A DNA stretch of 64,000 nt from a bacterium (GCA_031411255.1 JANOAS010000367.1:10683-74682); one strand, 5' to 3'. Shown: positions 19,201-28,300, counted from the first letter of the stretch. Numbers and translations are program-made. Notes: a model not told the origin generated them from the sequence alone.

Positions 19201-22200
19201 CCCCAGCGGGCACTGCGGGGGCGAAGAGTGTGATCGTGACGACGGCTGGTGGCTCAAATCCGGCGAATACGCTTTTTACCTACTACGTTCCGGCGCCTGA
19301 AATCGCTGTGACGGGCCTCGGCGTGGACATCACGGATGGCGATGCAACCCCAGCCGCCACAGACGGCACGAGTTTCGCCTCCACGGGCGTGGTCGGACCT
19401 GCGACGCGGAATACTTTCACCATCACCAACAGTGCAACGGCCACGAGCTCGCTCACGCTGGGCACGGCGACGGTCACAGGCGATTTCATGATCACGCAGC
19501 CCCTCGCCACGACGCTGGCACCCGGGGCGAGTACGACGTTCACGGTGGACTTCGATCCCACCACGACCGGGACACGAACGGGCACGGTGAGCATCCCGAA
19601 CAACGACTCGAACGAGAATCCTTTCGATTTCAGCGTCAGTGGCGTCGGCACGGCGCCGGAGATCTCCGTCACGGGTGCCGGGGTGGACCTCGCCGATGGC
19701 GACACAACGCCGGCGGTGACTGATGGGACGGACTTTGGCTCCGTCATGGCCAACAGCGCCTCGAAGGTCACACGTTTCACCATCACCAACAGTGCGGCGG
19801 CGACGACGAGCCTGACTCTCGGCCCGGTGACGGTGACGGGGGCTGGCTTCACCACCACGCAACCCGTACCGGCCGGGGCGGTGCCCATTGGCGGCTCTGT
19901 CACCTTCGATGTCTCCTTCACTCCCACGACCACCGGCCCGCGCACGGCCACGGTCAGCTTCAGCACGAATGACATCGACGAGAATCCCTTCAACTATTCC
20001 ATCCAGGGCACAGGCATGGTGCTGCCGACAATCACGACGCCGACGAGTGCCTCCATCACGACCGTGGGAGCGGTGCTGGGTGGCAACGTCACGTCGGACG
20101 GCGGTTCGCCCCTCCTGTCCCGCGGGGTTCTTTATTCTGCGACAGCGACCAATGCGGATCCGACCACTGGAGGAACGGGAGTGACGACGGTCACGCTGGG
20201 CTCCACCACAGGCGTCTTTACCATACCGGTCAGCGGTCTGACACCCGGCACAGCCTACAGCTTCAAAGCGTATGTAGACACCGCCGCAGGCGTGGTCTAT
20301 ACCAGCGTGGCTACCTTTACTACGGGCACCACGCCGCCCGCTCTCACCATCCAGGCCTCGACAAATGTGCAGGCCAGCAGCGCCACAGTCAACGGCACCG
20401 TGACGAGCGAAGGCACTGCCGCAGTCACCGAGCGTGGTTTCGTCTATGCCCCCACGAGCGTCACCACGACGCCTGCCATTGGCGGCCCGGGCGTGGTCAA
20501 GCTCATCAAGGTCGGCTCTTTGGGCTCCTTTACTGCGGCTCTTACGGGCCTGAGCGTTTCCACAGCCTACAACGTCCGCGCCTACGCCACCAGCAGTGCG
20601 GGCACGAGCTACAGCCCGGTGGGCGGCCTCACCACCGTGACACCAATTCCCCTGACCGTCGTGGCCAACAATGCCACCCGCACGTTTGGGGCGGCCAATC
20701 CTGCATTCACCGGCACGGTCACCGGCTTGGTCGCGGGGGACGGCATCACCGTCACCTACGGCACGCCGGCGGGAGCCACGAGCAGTCCCGGCACCTACGC
20801 CATCGCCCCGGTCCTCGCCGATCCGCTCGGCCGCCTCGGGAAGTACGCGCTCGCCCGGACGGACGGTGTGCTGACCATCACTGCGGCCCAAACGACGACC
20901 GTGGCGGCTGCGGCGACGGTGCAGGTCAGCGCCTCGGCGCAACCTGTCGCGTTGAGCGCCGCCGTGACCTCCGGAGGTGCGGCGGTTGCGGCCGGGAGCG
21001 TTTCCTTCCAGGTGAAAAACGGCGCCGCAAACGTCGGCAGCGCCGTCGTCGCGTCCGTGGATGCCGCAGGTCTGGCCTCCGCCAGCTACACGCTGCCCGC
21101 CGGGCTGGCGGGCGGCAGCTACAGCATCATTGCCACCTTCGCGGCCACGACGAATTACCGGGCCAGCACCTCCGCCGCCGCCGTGCTCACCGTGGTGCCG
21201 CCGCCTCCGGTCAGTTCGTTTGTGGTCGAGGGCGTGGTCAGCCCAGTCACGGCGGGAGTTCCGTCCACGACGCTGACGGTTGAGGCCCGGAACGCTGCGG
21301 GCGGCGTTTACACGGGGTATCGCGGCACGATCCGCTTCACCAGCACCGATGCCTCCGCCGTGCTGCCTGCGGCGTACACATTCACCGCAGCGGATGCCGG
21401 TCTCCACACCTTCAGCGTCACGCTGCGCACCGCTGGCGAGCAGGGCATCACAGCGACGGATGCGGCCGCGGTCGTCAGCGGATCGCAGACGGGCATTTTC
21501 GTGGACCCGACGACGGGCGACAAGCGCCTCCTCGGCTGGGGCGCCAATGCCAGCGGCCAGCTCGGCGATGGCACGACGAATGACGCTCTCACCCCCGCCG
21601 CGCTCCCGCCCTTCGTGCCCGGGCCTGCTGGAGCCTTCGGCACTGGTCCCTCGGTGGCGGCCGGAGCCACGCACAGCGTGGGCTTGCTGGCCAATGGCCG
21701 CGTCTATGCCTGGGGCAGCAACACGAAAGGGGAACTCGGCAACATGACGACCACGGCCAGCCCCCTCGCTGTGCCTGTCCGGTGGTTCACCGGGGATATC
21801 TTGAGCAGTGCCGTGGCGGTGGCGGCAGGGGAGAAATTCAGCCTCGCGCTCCTGCCGGACAACAGCGTGTGGGCTTGGGGCGATGTGCCCGGCCTCGGCT
21901 TGACCGCGCCGTGGACCTACGCCCGCCCGGTGCCCGGGCTCAGCAGCGTGGCCGCCATTTCTGCCGGAGGCCGCTTCGCCATGGTGCTGAAACACGACGG
22001 CACCGTCTGGACCTGGGGCGAGAACGCCAGCGGCGTGATCGGCAACGGTACGCTGGCCGCCACGGTGGCGCCGGTTCAGGTGGCCGGGCTCACGGGGATC
22101 TCCAGCATCTCGGCAGGAGCTGCCTTTGCTGTGGCAGTGGAAAGGACCACGGGCAGCGTCTGGACGTGGGGTGCCAATGACCGCGGCCAGCTCGGACGGA

Positions 22201-24704
22201 CCACAACGGCCGCATACGCCACCACGCCGGGGCAAGTCGTGGGCGCCGCCGGCGCGGGCACGCTCAGCGGCATCGCCTCCACCGCCGCCGGCGGCAGTCA
22301 CGTGCTGGCCCTGCGCAGCGATGGATCCCTGCTAGCCTGGGGCGGCGGTGCCACCGGGGCGCTCGGCCTGGGTACTTTCGCTGATGCTCCGGTGCCCGCG
22401 CCCGTGCTCACGCCCGCAGGCACGGCACCGCTCGGCAGCATCCGGTACATTTCCGCCGGCGCCTGGCACAGCCTGGCCCGCACGACCGATGGCGTCGTGC
22501 TCGCCTGGGGCCAGGGCGGCCAGGGCCAGCTCGGCCTCGGCACGCCGACGGACCGCTTCCTGCCCACGGCCGTGCCCGGCTTCACCCCCGCAGGCTTCGT
22601 CACCTCCGGGCCCCTGGCCACGCACAGCCTGGCGCTCGACGGCCCCAGCAGCCCGGTGCGTTACGCCTTCACGCTGCCCCCGGTCATCAATGCGCTCACC
22701 AGTTTCACCGTAGGAGTGCGTGCGGTCGATGCCCTGGGCAACTCGCTCGTCTACACCGGCCGGGCGTTGTTCAGCCTCGATGTGCCGAATGGCTATGCTT
22801 CCCCCTACCGCGTGAACTTCCCCGAGTCGCTCAACTTCATCTCGGGCGTGCCCTACGGCCTGACGATCTATCCGCCCTCCGGCGGTGTGCACACGCTCAC
22901 CGCGTATGACAAGGCCACCGGGGCCAGCAGCTCCATCTCCTTCACCGCAGCGCCCAAGCCCTCGAAGATCCTCCTGTCCGCCGTCTCGGGCACCAATTTC
23001 GTCAAGGCCTACGTGATCGGAGCGGACAATCAGGGCTTGGAGTCCAACGGCTGGGTCACCTTCCGCTTCATCAAGAACGGTACGACGCTGCTCATCACCG
23101 CGCCGGAATACACCAACAACAGAGCCGGTGCATTCGCCTACACCGAGGTGACGAAGAGCACTGCCGCGGCCTGGGGAGCGGGCGTGAGCGTCGAGGCCAG
23201 CTTCAGCGGCACGGCCCTCTTCTCCCCCAGCACGGCCACGATCGCCGCCACGTTCACAAGCTTTTCCGCACCAGCGGCCCCCGGCCGTCTCGGTGCACGG
23301 TCTTCGAGCAGCAGCACGGAGCAGGTCGGCACTTTCTCGCCCTCCACCACCACGCTGCCGTCCGTTGGCTTCAGCTTGGTGGACCGCTTCGTCACCCTGA
23401 GCACCGATGGCCTGCTGCCGGCCGGTGCGGCGGACCAGGGGACGGTCATTTTCTCCATCGCCACCGCTGCGGGCGAGCGCGTGGGCCAGGCCTGCGCGGG
23501 AGACGTCGCCGGCGGCATCGCCAGTGCCAGCGCCCTGCTGCCCGCAGGTCTGCCGGTGGGGGACTACGTCGTCACCACCTTCTACACGGGCGGCCCGACT
23601 GCCCCCGCCAGCGAAGGCGAACTCAGCCTCAGCGTCCTGCCCGCCGCGAGCACCGTGGTGGCAGATCCCGTGCTTCTCGGCGCCAGTGCGGCAGCTCAGA
23701 GCGTGCTGCTCACCGCCCAGGCCACCAGCCCCGCCGGGCCGCTGACCAGCGGCAGCATCACCTTCCAGGTCAAAGGTGCTGGCGGTGCCAACGCCGGCAC
23801 AGCCGTCACCGTCCCTGTCGCGCCTCCCTCGGGTGGAGCAACCGCCGGAGCCGTGCGCGCTGCCTACACGCTGCCCGCAGGCCTCGCCGGCGGCAGCTAC
23901 ACCATAGCCGCCAGCTACACCAGCGCCACGGCAGGCATCGCCAGCAGCAGCGATGAGGCCCACCTGCTCACCATCGAGCGCATCCCGCTCGCCGTCCGTC
24001 TCGCTGTGGCCGATCAGGCCGTTCTTCCCAGCGCTGGCGCGCAAGCCATCACACTCACCGCCCAGCTTGCCTCCAGCGAGGGCGCGACCGTTCCCGTAGC
24101 AGGCGGCACCGTGGCCTTCCGCCTCTTCGCCACGAGCCCCGCTGGCGGCCCCGGCGCCCTCATCGGCACCGCAGCCACCAGCAGCATCGTGGTCGCAGGC
24201 ACCACCACCGCCAGCTACACCGTGCCCTTCGGCACCCCCGCCGGCGCCTACATCATCGAGGCCGCCTACACCGGCTCCACACCCGTGACCGGCGCGCTCT
24301 TCACCACCGCCGCCACCACCGCCCGGCTCACCTACGCGAGTGCTCATCAGGCATGGCGGCTCGCTTACTTCGGCACCCCTGAACCCACAGGCCTCGCCGC
24401 TCCCGGCGCTGACTCCGACAACGACGGCATTCCCAATTTGCTCGAATACGCCTTCGGCCAGCACCCCGCTGGCGGCCCCAGCCCCGCACTGCCTGCCGCC
24501 CAGATCGCAGGGGGAGCCTTCTTCGTCAGTTTCACCCAGCCAGCCGGTGTCAGCGGCATCACCTACGGAGCCGAGTGGAGTCCCAGCCTGGCCCCTGGCA
24601 GCTGGATGCCGATCCCCGATACCGGATCCGGGAGCGTGCACACCTTCAGCGTGTCCGCCGCCGACCAGAGGAAATTCCTGCGGTTGACCATCAGCGAGCC
24701 CTGA
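16257..24704 (+). CDS. giant (2815 aa) secreted multidomain surface protein: LamG x2, HYDIN/choice-of-anchor-D-like, IPT/TIG x4, Fn3-like, MBG, Ig-like, RCC1 propeller, shared C-terminal module
   Basis: ATG 16257 gives MKNSPSS...SLLLQLWLLTVSLVLLPAGSALRA, a signal-like N-terminus. LamG-like blocks: YEFNGTMADTYGG, WTFNGTFNDSLGG. Choice-of-anchor-D-like blocks: TFTVTFTPSATGARLAQVNIPNNDQDE, TFTVDFDPTTTGTRTGTVSIPNNDSNENPF. MBG-like: PLTVVANNATRTFGAANPAFTGTVTGLVAGD. RCC1 blades: GWGANASGQLGDGT, WGSNTKGELG, WGANDRGQLG, WGQGGQGQLGLGT. The C-terminus is DSDNDGIPNLLEYAFG ... KFLRLTISEP. The listed start at 15834 lies in repeat-rich non-coding sequence. Confidence 0.9.
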   Translation: MKNSPSSCVPASLTSASSLLLQLWLLTVSLVLLPAGSALRAQTPIHAYEFNGTMADTYGGPAMSGGTFPGQTTYTFGIGQGPGVQGAIPANADYSLEMLFYFSSMPGTYASLVNFSNLTSDGGLYLWNRAPYFAPNGGSPTSPVVPLVTYSRMVITRSFSTQVTKIYLDGNLAATRTDTANTYLSPSGWLHFFRDDGSENAPGVVDAIRMYDTVLSDSQIAAMGVGATALPEISLFRGTTSGTELFSSSSTSDLGSITLGNSSAAQTFTIWNTGKKDLILGTLSKVTNNASYPNYADFTLGTPAKSVLAPGESTTFTVTFTPSATGARLAQVNIPNNDQDESTFVTNLSGTGTAPVPLSPSRFWTFNGTFNDSLGGTPMGPYNANGTNNQSPNLSATYYSWDPGQNLDTSSVLSNYNEWTMELVFKLAKVTGYNALVNFDSLAGDNAVFVQDGKLSFYGISSGAVSASGLFSADTWYRLIVTRRASDGQMKGYVDGTEVLSATAGSGQLAGQAPQGRLKFFGDASGEVSGGSVDLIRIYYGVMPSTQATALGSGRVPDIRVTLGTSSGPEIVNGSLLDYGYVQVGAGNQKLITIANLGTGNLTVQYPGLSGANSFQFAIAGNPAGTIPPLSTASFNLNFFPTSVGTKNAYMQLGNSDANDNPYAINLTGVAVWLPTVTAVSPASGLVAGGTPVTITGTDFMPGVTSVTIGGVAATAVSVQTSTLLTCTTPAGTSGAKSVVVTTPGGVSNTGINFTYNGVPTVVSASPSAGALAGGNTVTLTGTDFLAGATVTIGGNAASNVNVVNATTLTCTAPAGTAGAKSVIVTTAGGSSAANSLYTYAGAPTLTNVSPGSGPLGGGNTVTLTGTGFLPGTAVAIGGGQASAVTVTSLTSLTCTAPAGAAGVANVSVTTAAGSSAGGITYTYVAAPTVTNVTPNSGPVAGGTSLTLAGTAFIPGATTVTIGGSAATAVNVASATSLTCIAPAGTAGAKSVIVTTAGGSNPANTLFTYYVPAPEIAVTGLGVDITDGDATPAATDGTSFASTGVVGPATRNTFTITNSATATSSLTLGTATVTGDFMITQPLATTLAPGASTTFTVDFDPTTTGTRTGTVSIPNNDSNENPFDFSVSGVGTAPEISVTGAGVDLADGDTTPAVTDGTDFGSVMANSASKVTRFTITNSAAATTSLTLGPVTVTGAGFTTTQPVPAGAVPIGGSVTFDVSFTPTTTGPRTATVSFSTNDIDENPFNYSIQGTGMVLPTITTPTSASITTVGAVLGGNVTSDGGSPLLSRGVLYSATATNADPTTGGTGVTTVTLGSTTGVFTIPVSGLTPGTAYSFKAYVDTAAGVVYTSVATFTTGTTPPALTIQASTNVQASSATVNGTVTSEGTAAVTERGFVYAPTSVTTTPAIGGPGVVKLIKVGSLGSFTAALTGLSVSTAYNVRAYATSSAGTSYSPVGGLTTVTPIPLTVVANNATRTFGAANPAFTGTVTGLVAGDGITVTYGTPAGATSSPGTYAIAPVLADPLGRLGKYALARTDGVLTITAAQTTTVAAAATVQVSASAQPVALSAAVTSGGAAVAAGSVSFQVKNGAANVGSAVVASVDAAGLASASYTLPAGLAGGSYSIIATFAATTNYRASTSAAAVLTVVPPPPVSSFVVEGVVSPVTAGVPSTTLTVEARNAAGGVYTGYRGTIRFTSTDASAVLPAAYTFTAADAGLHTFSVTLRTAGEQGITATDAAAVVSGSQTGIFVDPTTGDKRLLGWGANASGQLGDGTTNDALTPAALPPFVPGPAGAFGTGPSVAAGATHSVGLLANGRVYAWGSNTKGELGNMTTTASPLAVPVRWFTGDILSSAVAVAAGEKFSLALLPDNSVWAWGDVPGLGLTAPWTYARPVPGLSSVAAISAGGRFAMVLKHDGTVWTWGENASGVIGNGTLAATVAPVQVAGLTGISSISAGAAFAVAVERTTGSVWTWGANDRGQLGRTTTAAYATTPGQVVGAAGAGTLSGIASTAAGGSHVLALRSDGSLLAWGGGATGALGLGTFADAPVPAPVLTPAGTAPLGSIRYISAGAWHSLARTTDGVVLAWGQGGQGQLGLGTPTDRFLPTAVPGFTPAGFVTSGPLATHSLALDGPSSPVRYAFTLPPVINALTSFTVGVRAVDALGNSLVYTGRALFSLDVPNGYASPYRVNFPESLNFISGVPYGLTIYPPSGGVHTLTAYDKATGASSSISFTAAPKPSKILLSAVSGTNFVKAYVIGADNQGLESNGWVTFRFIKNGTTLLITAPEYTNNRAGAFAYTEVTKSTAAAWGAGVSVEASFSGTALFSPSTATIAATFTSFSAPAAPGRLGARSSSSSTEQVGTFSPSTTTLPSVGFSLVDRFVTLSTDGLLPAGAADQGTVIFSIATAAGERVGQACAGDVAGGIASASALLPAGLPVGDYVVTTFYTGGPTAPASEGELSLSVLPAASTVVADPVLLGASAAAQSVLLTAQATSPAGPLTSGSITFQVKGAGGANAGTAVTVPVAPPSGGATAGAVRAAYTLPAGLAGGSYTIAASYTSATAGIASSSDEAHLLTIERIPLAVRLAVADQAVLPSAGAQAITLTAQLASSEGATVPVAGGTVAFRLFATSPAGGPGALIGTAATSSIVVAGTTTASYTVPFGTPAGAYIIEAAYTGSTPVTGALFTTAATTARLTYASAHQAWRLAYFGTPEPTGLAAPGADSDNDGIPNLLEYAFGQHPAGGPSPALPAAQIAGGAFFVSFTQPAGVSGITYGAEWSPSLAPGSWMPIPDTGSGSVHTFSVSAADQRKFLRLTISEP
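18279..19285 (+). repeat. four tandem IPT/TIG-like domains (~83 aa each) inside the giant gene
   Basis: Each unit begins with a PT(V/L)T..SP.SG...GG..VT(I/L)TG(T)(D/G/A)F motif and ends ..LTCT(T/A)PAG..G...V.VTT.GG.S. GAKSV(V/I)VTT recurs in three of the four units (GAKSVVVTT, then GAKSVIVTTAGGS twice); the third unit has GVANVSVTT. Confidence 0.8.
21528..22640 (+). repeat. RCC1-like beta-propeller blade array inside the giant gene
   Basis: About seven blades of ~50 aa carry the pattern V(W/Y)(A/T)WG.N..G(Q/E)LG.G. Confidence 0.8.
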
Positions 24705-24882
24705 GAGGCGGGCTCGCAGGCATCCACTCCATGCCGTGTGTGCAGCACGCGGCACGGAGAAGGCCAGCCGCGAAGCGAAGGGCCGAGGATTAAATCGGAT
24801 AGAGGATGGGAAAATCGGGCACCGGCCCAAGGAACGAGACTTTGCAATTCTCGCCGCGCCCCAAGCTCGTAACACGGGGCAC

Positions 24883-24980
24883 GGGCGCACGGGGGAACGG
24901 GCGCCCGGGGGAACGGGCGCACGGGGGACCGGGCGCACGGGGGGAACGGGCGCACGGGGGAACGGGCGCACGGGGCACGG
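24883..24980. repeat. imperfect 16-nt tandem repeat (GGGCGCACGGGGGAAC) x6, G-rich on + strand
   Basis: Units at 24883, 24899, 24915, 24931 (17 nt), 24948 and 24964. It lies in the convergent intergenic region about 180 nt after the giant-gene stop. Confidence 0.9.
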
Positions 24981-25316
24981 AAAAGGCCAACCGCGAATGG
25001 ACGCGAATCAAGGAGGGGAAATTGGAGGGGGAAATCAGGCTCACGCCGGGCACTGCAACGACGCAGCGCGGCTTTCCAGAGCCGGCTAGCAGGCGCAATT
25101 CCGGCTCGCGGCGCAGCCGCCGTGGACTGCGGCAACTTGTTGCCGCTTTCGGCGAGGCAGCTCGCTGCCAGCCGCGCGCCCCAAGCTTCGTGCCCTGTCG
25201 AGCCCTCAAGCAGGCAGGCTGGGGCGTCTGGCAGCCGATGCCGACGCAATCCGTGACGAGTCCCGGTTTTCTCCGTCTCCTCCTGAACCAAGCCATTCCG
25301 GGCAGGACTTTCGGAC

Positions 25317-25354
25317 AGAAAAAAGGGCCGCGTCCCTGGAGAGGAACGCGGCCC
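25317..25354 (-). terminator. Rho-independent terminator of the LamG gene
   Basis: The minus strand reads GGGCCGCGTTCC-TCTCCA-GGGACGCGGCCC (one bulge) followed by TTTTTTCTG. It starts about 25 nt after the TAG at 25379-25381. Confidence 0.8.
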
Positions 25355-25378
25355 TGAGAAAAACCGGAGTCTGAAGGA

Positions 25379-28300
25379 CTACGGAGCGATGGTGCCGGCG
25401 CCTGGCGAGAGGTCGCGCGCCCGGAAGAAGGTGCGGACGCCCACGGGGACGGCGGCGGCGGCGGTGGCCGAGCTGCCGCTGGCGGTGAAGATGATGGAGT
25501 CACCGGTCTCGGCATCCGCTGCGGCGGTCCAGGTCATGAGGTCCGTGGATTTCTCCAGGATGTAGGCGCGGCCGGAGGTGGTGTTCCAGGTGAGGGAGGC
25601 CGAGCTGGGGGTGCCGGGGGAACCGTAGGACCAGCTGGAGGTGCTCAGGTTGATCTCCGACGTGGCCAGCGGGGTGAAGGGGAGGGAATCGACCGGGGTG
25701 TTGGCGATTTCCTCGACCTGGCCGGCGCTGAGGGGTGTGCTCCACATGCGGAACTCGTCGTAGCAGCCATCCGTGCTGGCATCACCGGTCCAGTTGGAAC
25801 GGCCGAGCCAGTTGTTCACGTCCTGGATGTCGCTGAGCTTGGTGGCCAAGTTCATGGAACCCATGGGCTGACCGTCGCGGTAGTAGCGCATTTGGGGCGA
25901 GCCGTTGTTCCCGACGGAATCATAAACGACCGCGAAGTGATACTTCTGGCCATTGATGACGGGGTTGTTCGAATCGAAGGCTGCACCGGGATTCACCTCC
26001 ATGCGGGTGAAGTTTTGGTCGCCGCCGACCTGCGTGGAGAGGAGGAAGTAGTTGGTGCCCTGGGCATCGCCACCAGGAGCGAAAATCTCGCCCGCCTGGC
26101 CATTGCCGAAGTCGTAAACGCGGGACCATGCCTGGCTGCTGTTGACGGTGATCCAGCCTTCCAGCGTCACATCCGTGAGGGATGAGAGGATGCCATTGGG
26201 GAGGTCGATGTAGGCTGCGGTGTGGGAGTCGCCGCCGCCGAGGCACACTTCACGGCCATTGCGGGCCCAGAGGCCGTTGCCGGCTGCCGGGGTGCCAGCC
26301 GTGCCGCGAATGACGCCGTGGGCGGTGCCGACGGAGTCCTTCACTGCGGTGCCGGTGCCTTCATTGAAGCTCCAGCGATGGGCCAGTGTCATCGGGCTGA
26401 TGGTGATCGCCTTGGTCACCGAGCCCGCGCCGTTGGTGGCGGTGATGGTGTAGGTGGTGGCCACGGTCGGAGAGACCACGACAGAGCCGCCTGCGGCAGG
26501 GGTGACGGCACCGACGCCGTGGTCGATGGTGGTGGAGGTCACATTCCCGGAAATCACCCAGGTGAGGGTGGCGGATTCACCAGGTGCGAGAGTGCGGCTG
26601 TCCGCGCTGTAGCTGGTGATGATGGGCGGGGAGGTGGGGGGAAGCGTGGCGGCATCCGGACCGGCAGTAAAGCTGGCCGCGATGTCCTCCTGACGGAGCG
26701 CACCACCCCAGATGCGGAGTTCATTGTAGCAGCCGTTGGTGTTGTTGTCTCCGGACCAGTTCGAACGACCGAGCCAGTTGTTGACACTGCCGATGGCGCT
26801 GAGGGGCCGGGAGCTGGTGCCTGCTGTCATGAGCACGCCGTTCTTGTAGTAGCGCACGCGGTTGACGCCGGGTGCCAAGTCATCGCCCACGGTGTCGTAA
26901 ACGACGGCAAAGTGGAACTGCTGGCCAGCGCTGATGGGGTCGACCACGTCAACGGTGACACCGTTGTTGATTTCAAGACGCTTGACGTTTTGATCACCGC
27001 CGACCTGCGCGGTCAGGGTGAGGTAGTCAACTCCGTTGAAACCGCCGCCCGGGGCATTGATCTCGCCGGCCGAGCTGGTGCCGAAGTCGAAGACGCGGCT
27101 CCAGTTCTGGTTGCCGTTCACGGTCACCCAGCCTTCGATGGTGGTGGTGGACAGGCCGGAAAGGATGCCATTGGGCAGATCGATGTAGGCCGAGCCACCC
27201 GAGCCACCCCCGCCGAGACAGACCTGGCCGGTCGCGCGGTTCCAAGTGCCGTCGCCAGAGGCGGCGCCCCCGGCAGGGCCGACGATGACGCCGTTTCCGG
27301 GAGTGCCGGCGGCGGAGTCGAGGACGGTGGAGCCGGCGGACTCATTGAAGCTCCAGCGGTGGGTGACCGGCTGGCGGACGTAGGGGGCGACGGAGAAGGA
27401 CTGGGTCACCGTTCCGTTCGCGTTTCCTGCGGTCAGGGTGTAGGTGGTGGCTACGGTGGGGTTGACCACAATCGAACCGCTGGTCGTGTTGACGGCACCG
27501 ATTCCGTTGTCGATGGAGGCGGTGGTGGCATTCGTGAGGTTCCAGGTGAGCGTGACGCTCTCACCGGGAAGGAATTTCTGGTGGTTGCCGGTGAAGGAGT
27601 TGATGCTGGCCACGATGGTGGCGTCGAGGGCGGCCTTTTCCGAGGTGTAGTTGCTCGCGATTTCCGCAGGGGTCATGACGGTGTCCTTCACGCGGAGGCG
27701 GAGGAGATTGATGCCGTCATTAAACTGGGCGACTGAGCCGTTGTCGTTGTTCTGAGCGCCGAGGCGAATCGGCAGCCCGGCACCGGTGGTACTCGTGGCC
27801 CAGATGTTGAGGCTCTTGTTTTCGAAATGCATGGCCACGCCGTCGGAATAGACGCGCTCGGTGACCCCGTCGTACGTCCAAGTGAGGTAGTGCCAGGCAT
27901 TGGCGGCAGGTGCACCCACTGTGACGTCCTGGTCGATCCAGCCGATGTCCTCACCACCCCAGTGGCCTACGGCCCCCCAGCGGGAGTCGTTGCCGTAGTT
28001 GAAGGAGTTATTGGTGCCGACGCCCCCGCCGCGGCGGCCCCAGGCGATGACGGTCTCTTCTCCAGGAATATTCGGGTTGTAAACCCAGGCCTCGACGGTG
28101 ACGGGCTTGTTCACACCGGTGATGGCGGTCGGGGCGACCGGGCCGGTGAAATAAGTGGCGCCGCCAGGCAGGTTGATGCGCTTGTAGCCGCTGGTGAAGC
28201 CGACGGTGGGAGTGCCTGAAGCGGCGAAGGTGCCGCCGAGGGTGCCGCTGTTGGTCCAGCTGGAGACCGCGCCGACGGGCAGGGAGGTGGCGTCGAGGTC

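Noticed and set aside
19254-24971. 1015-aa (19254-22301) and 879-aa (22332-24971) minus-strand ORFs
   Set aside because: Both are antisense to the giant gene, whose frame encodes regular IPT/TIG, Ig-like and RCC1 repeats. The antisense products are Arg/Gly/Asp/His-rich nonsense, and the second runs through the non-coding G-rich tandem repeat.
24883-24980. Possibility that the tandem repeats (also 29790-29869) are CRISPR arrays
   Set aside because: The units are contiguous 16-nt and 8-nt repeats with no unique spacers, and no cas genes are in the window.
26222-27736. 504-aa plus-strand ORF, representative of a class (also 30416-31855 +, 33630-34982 -, 39772-41109 -, 12732-14183 -, 10649-12019 +, 36354-37553 -, 41007-42161 -, 37902-39107 +, 49105-50172 -)
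   Set aside because: Each lies entirely opposite a gene with strong motif support. Each has Arg/Gly/Pro/His-rich composition, and none has a recognisable domain, signal peptide or TM pattern.
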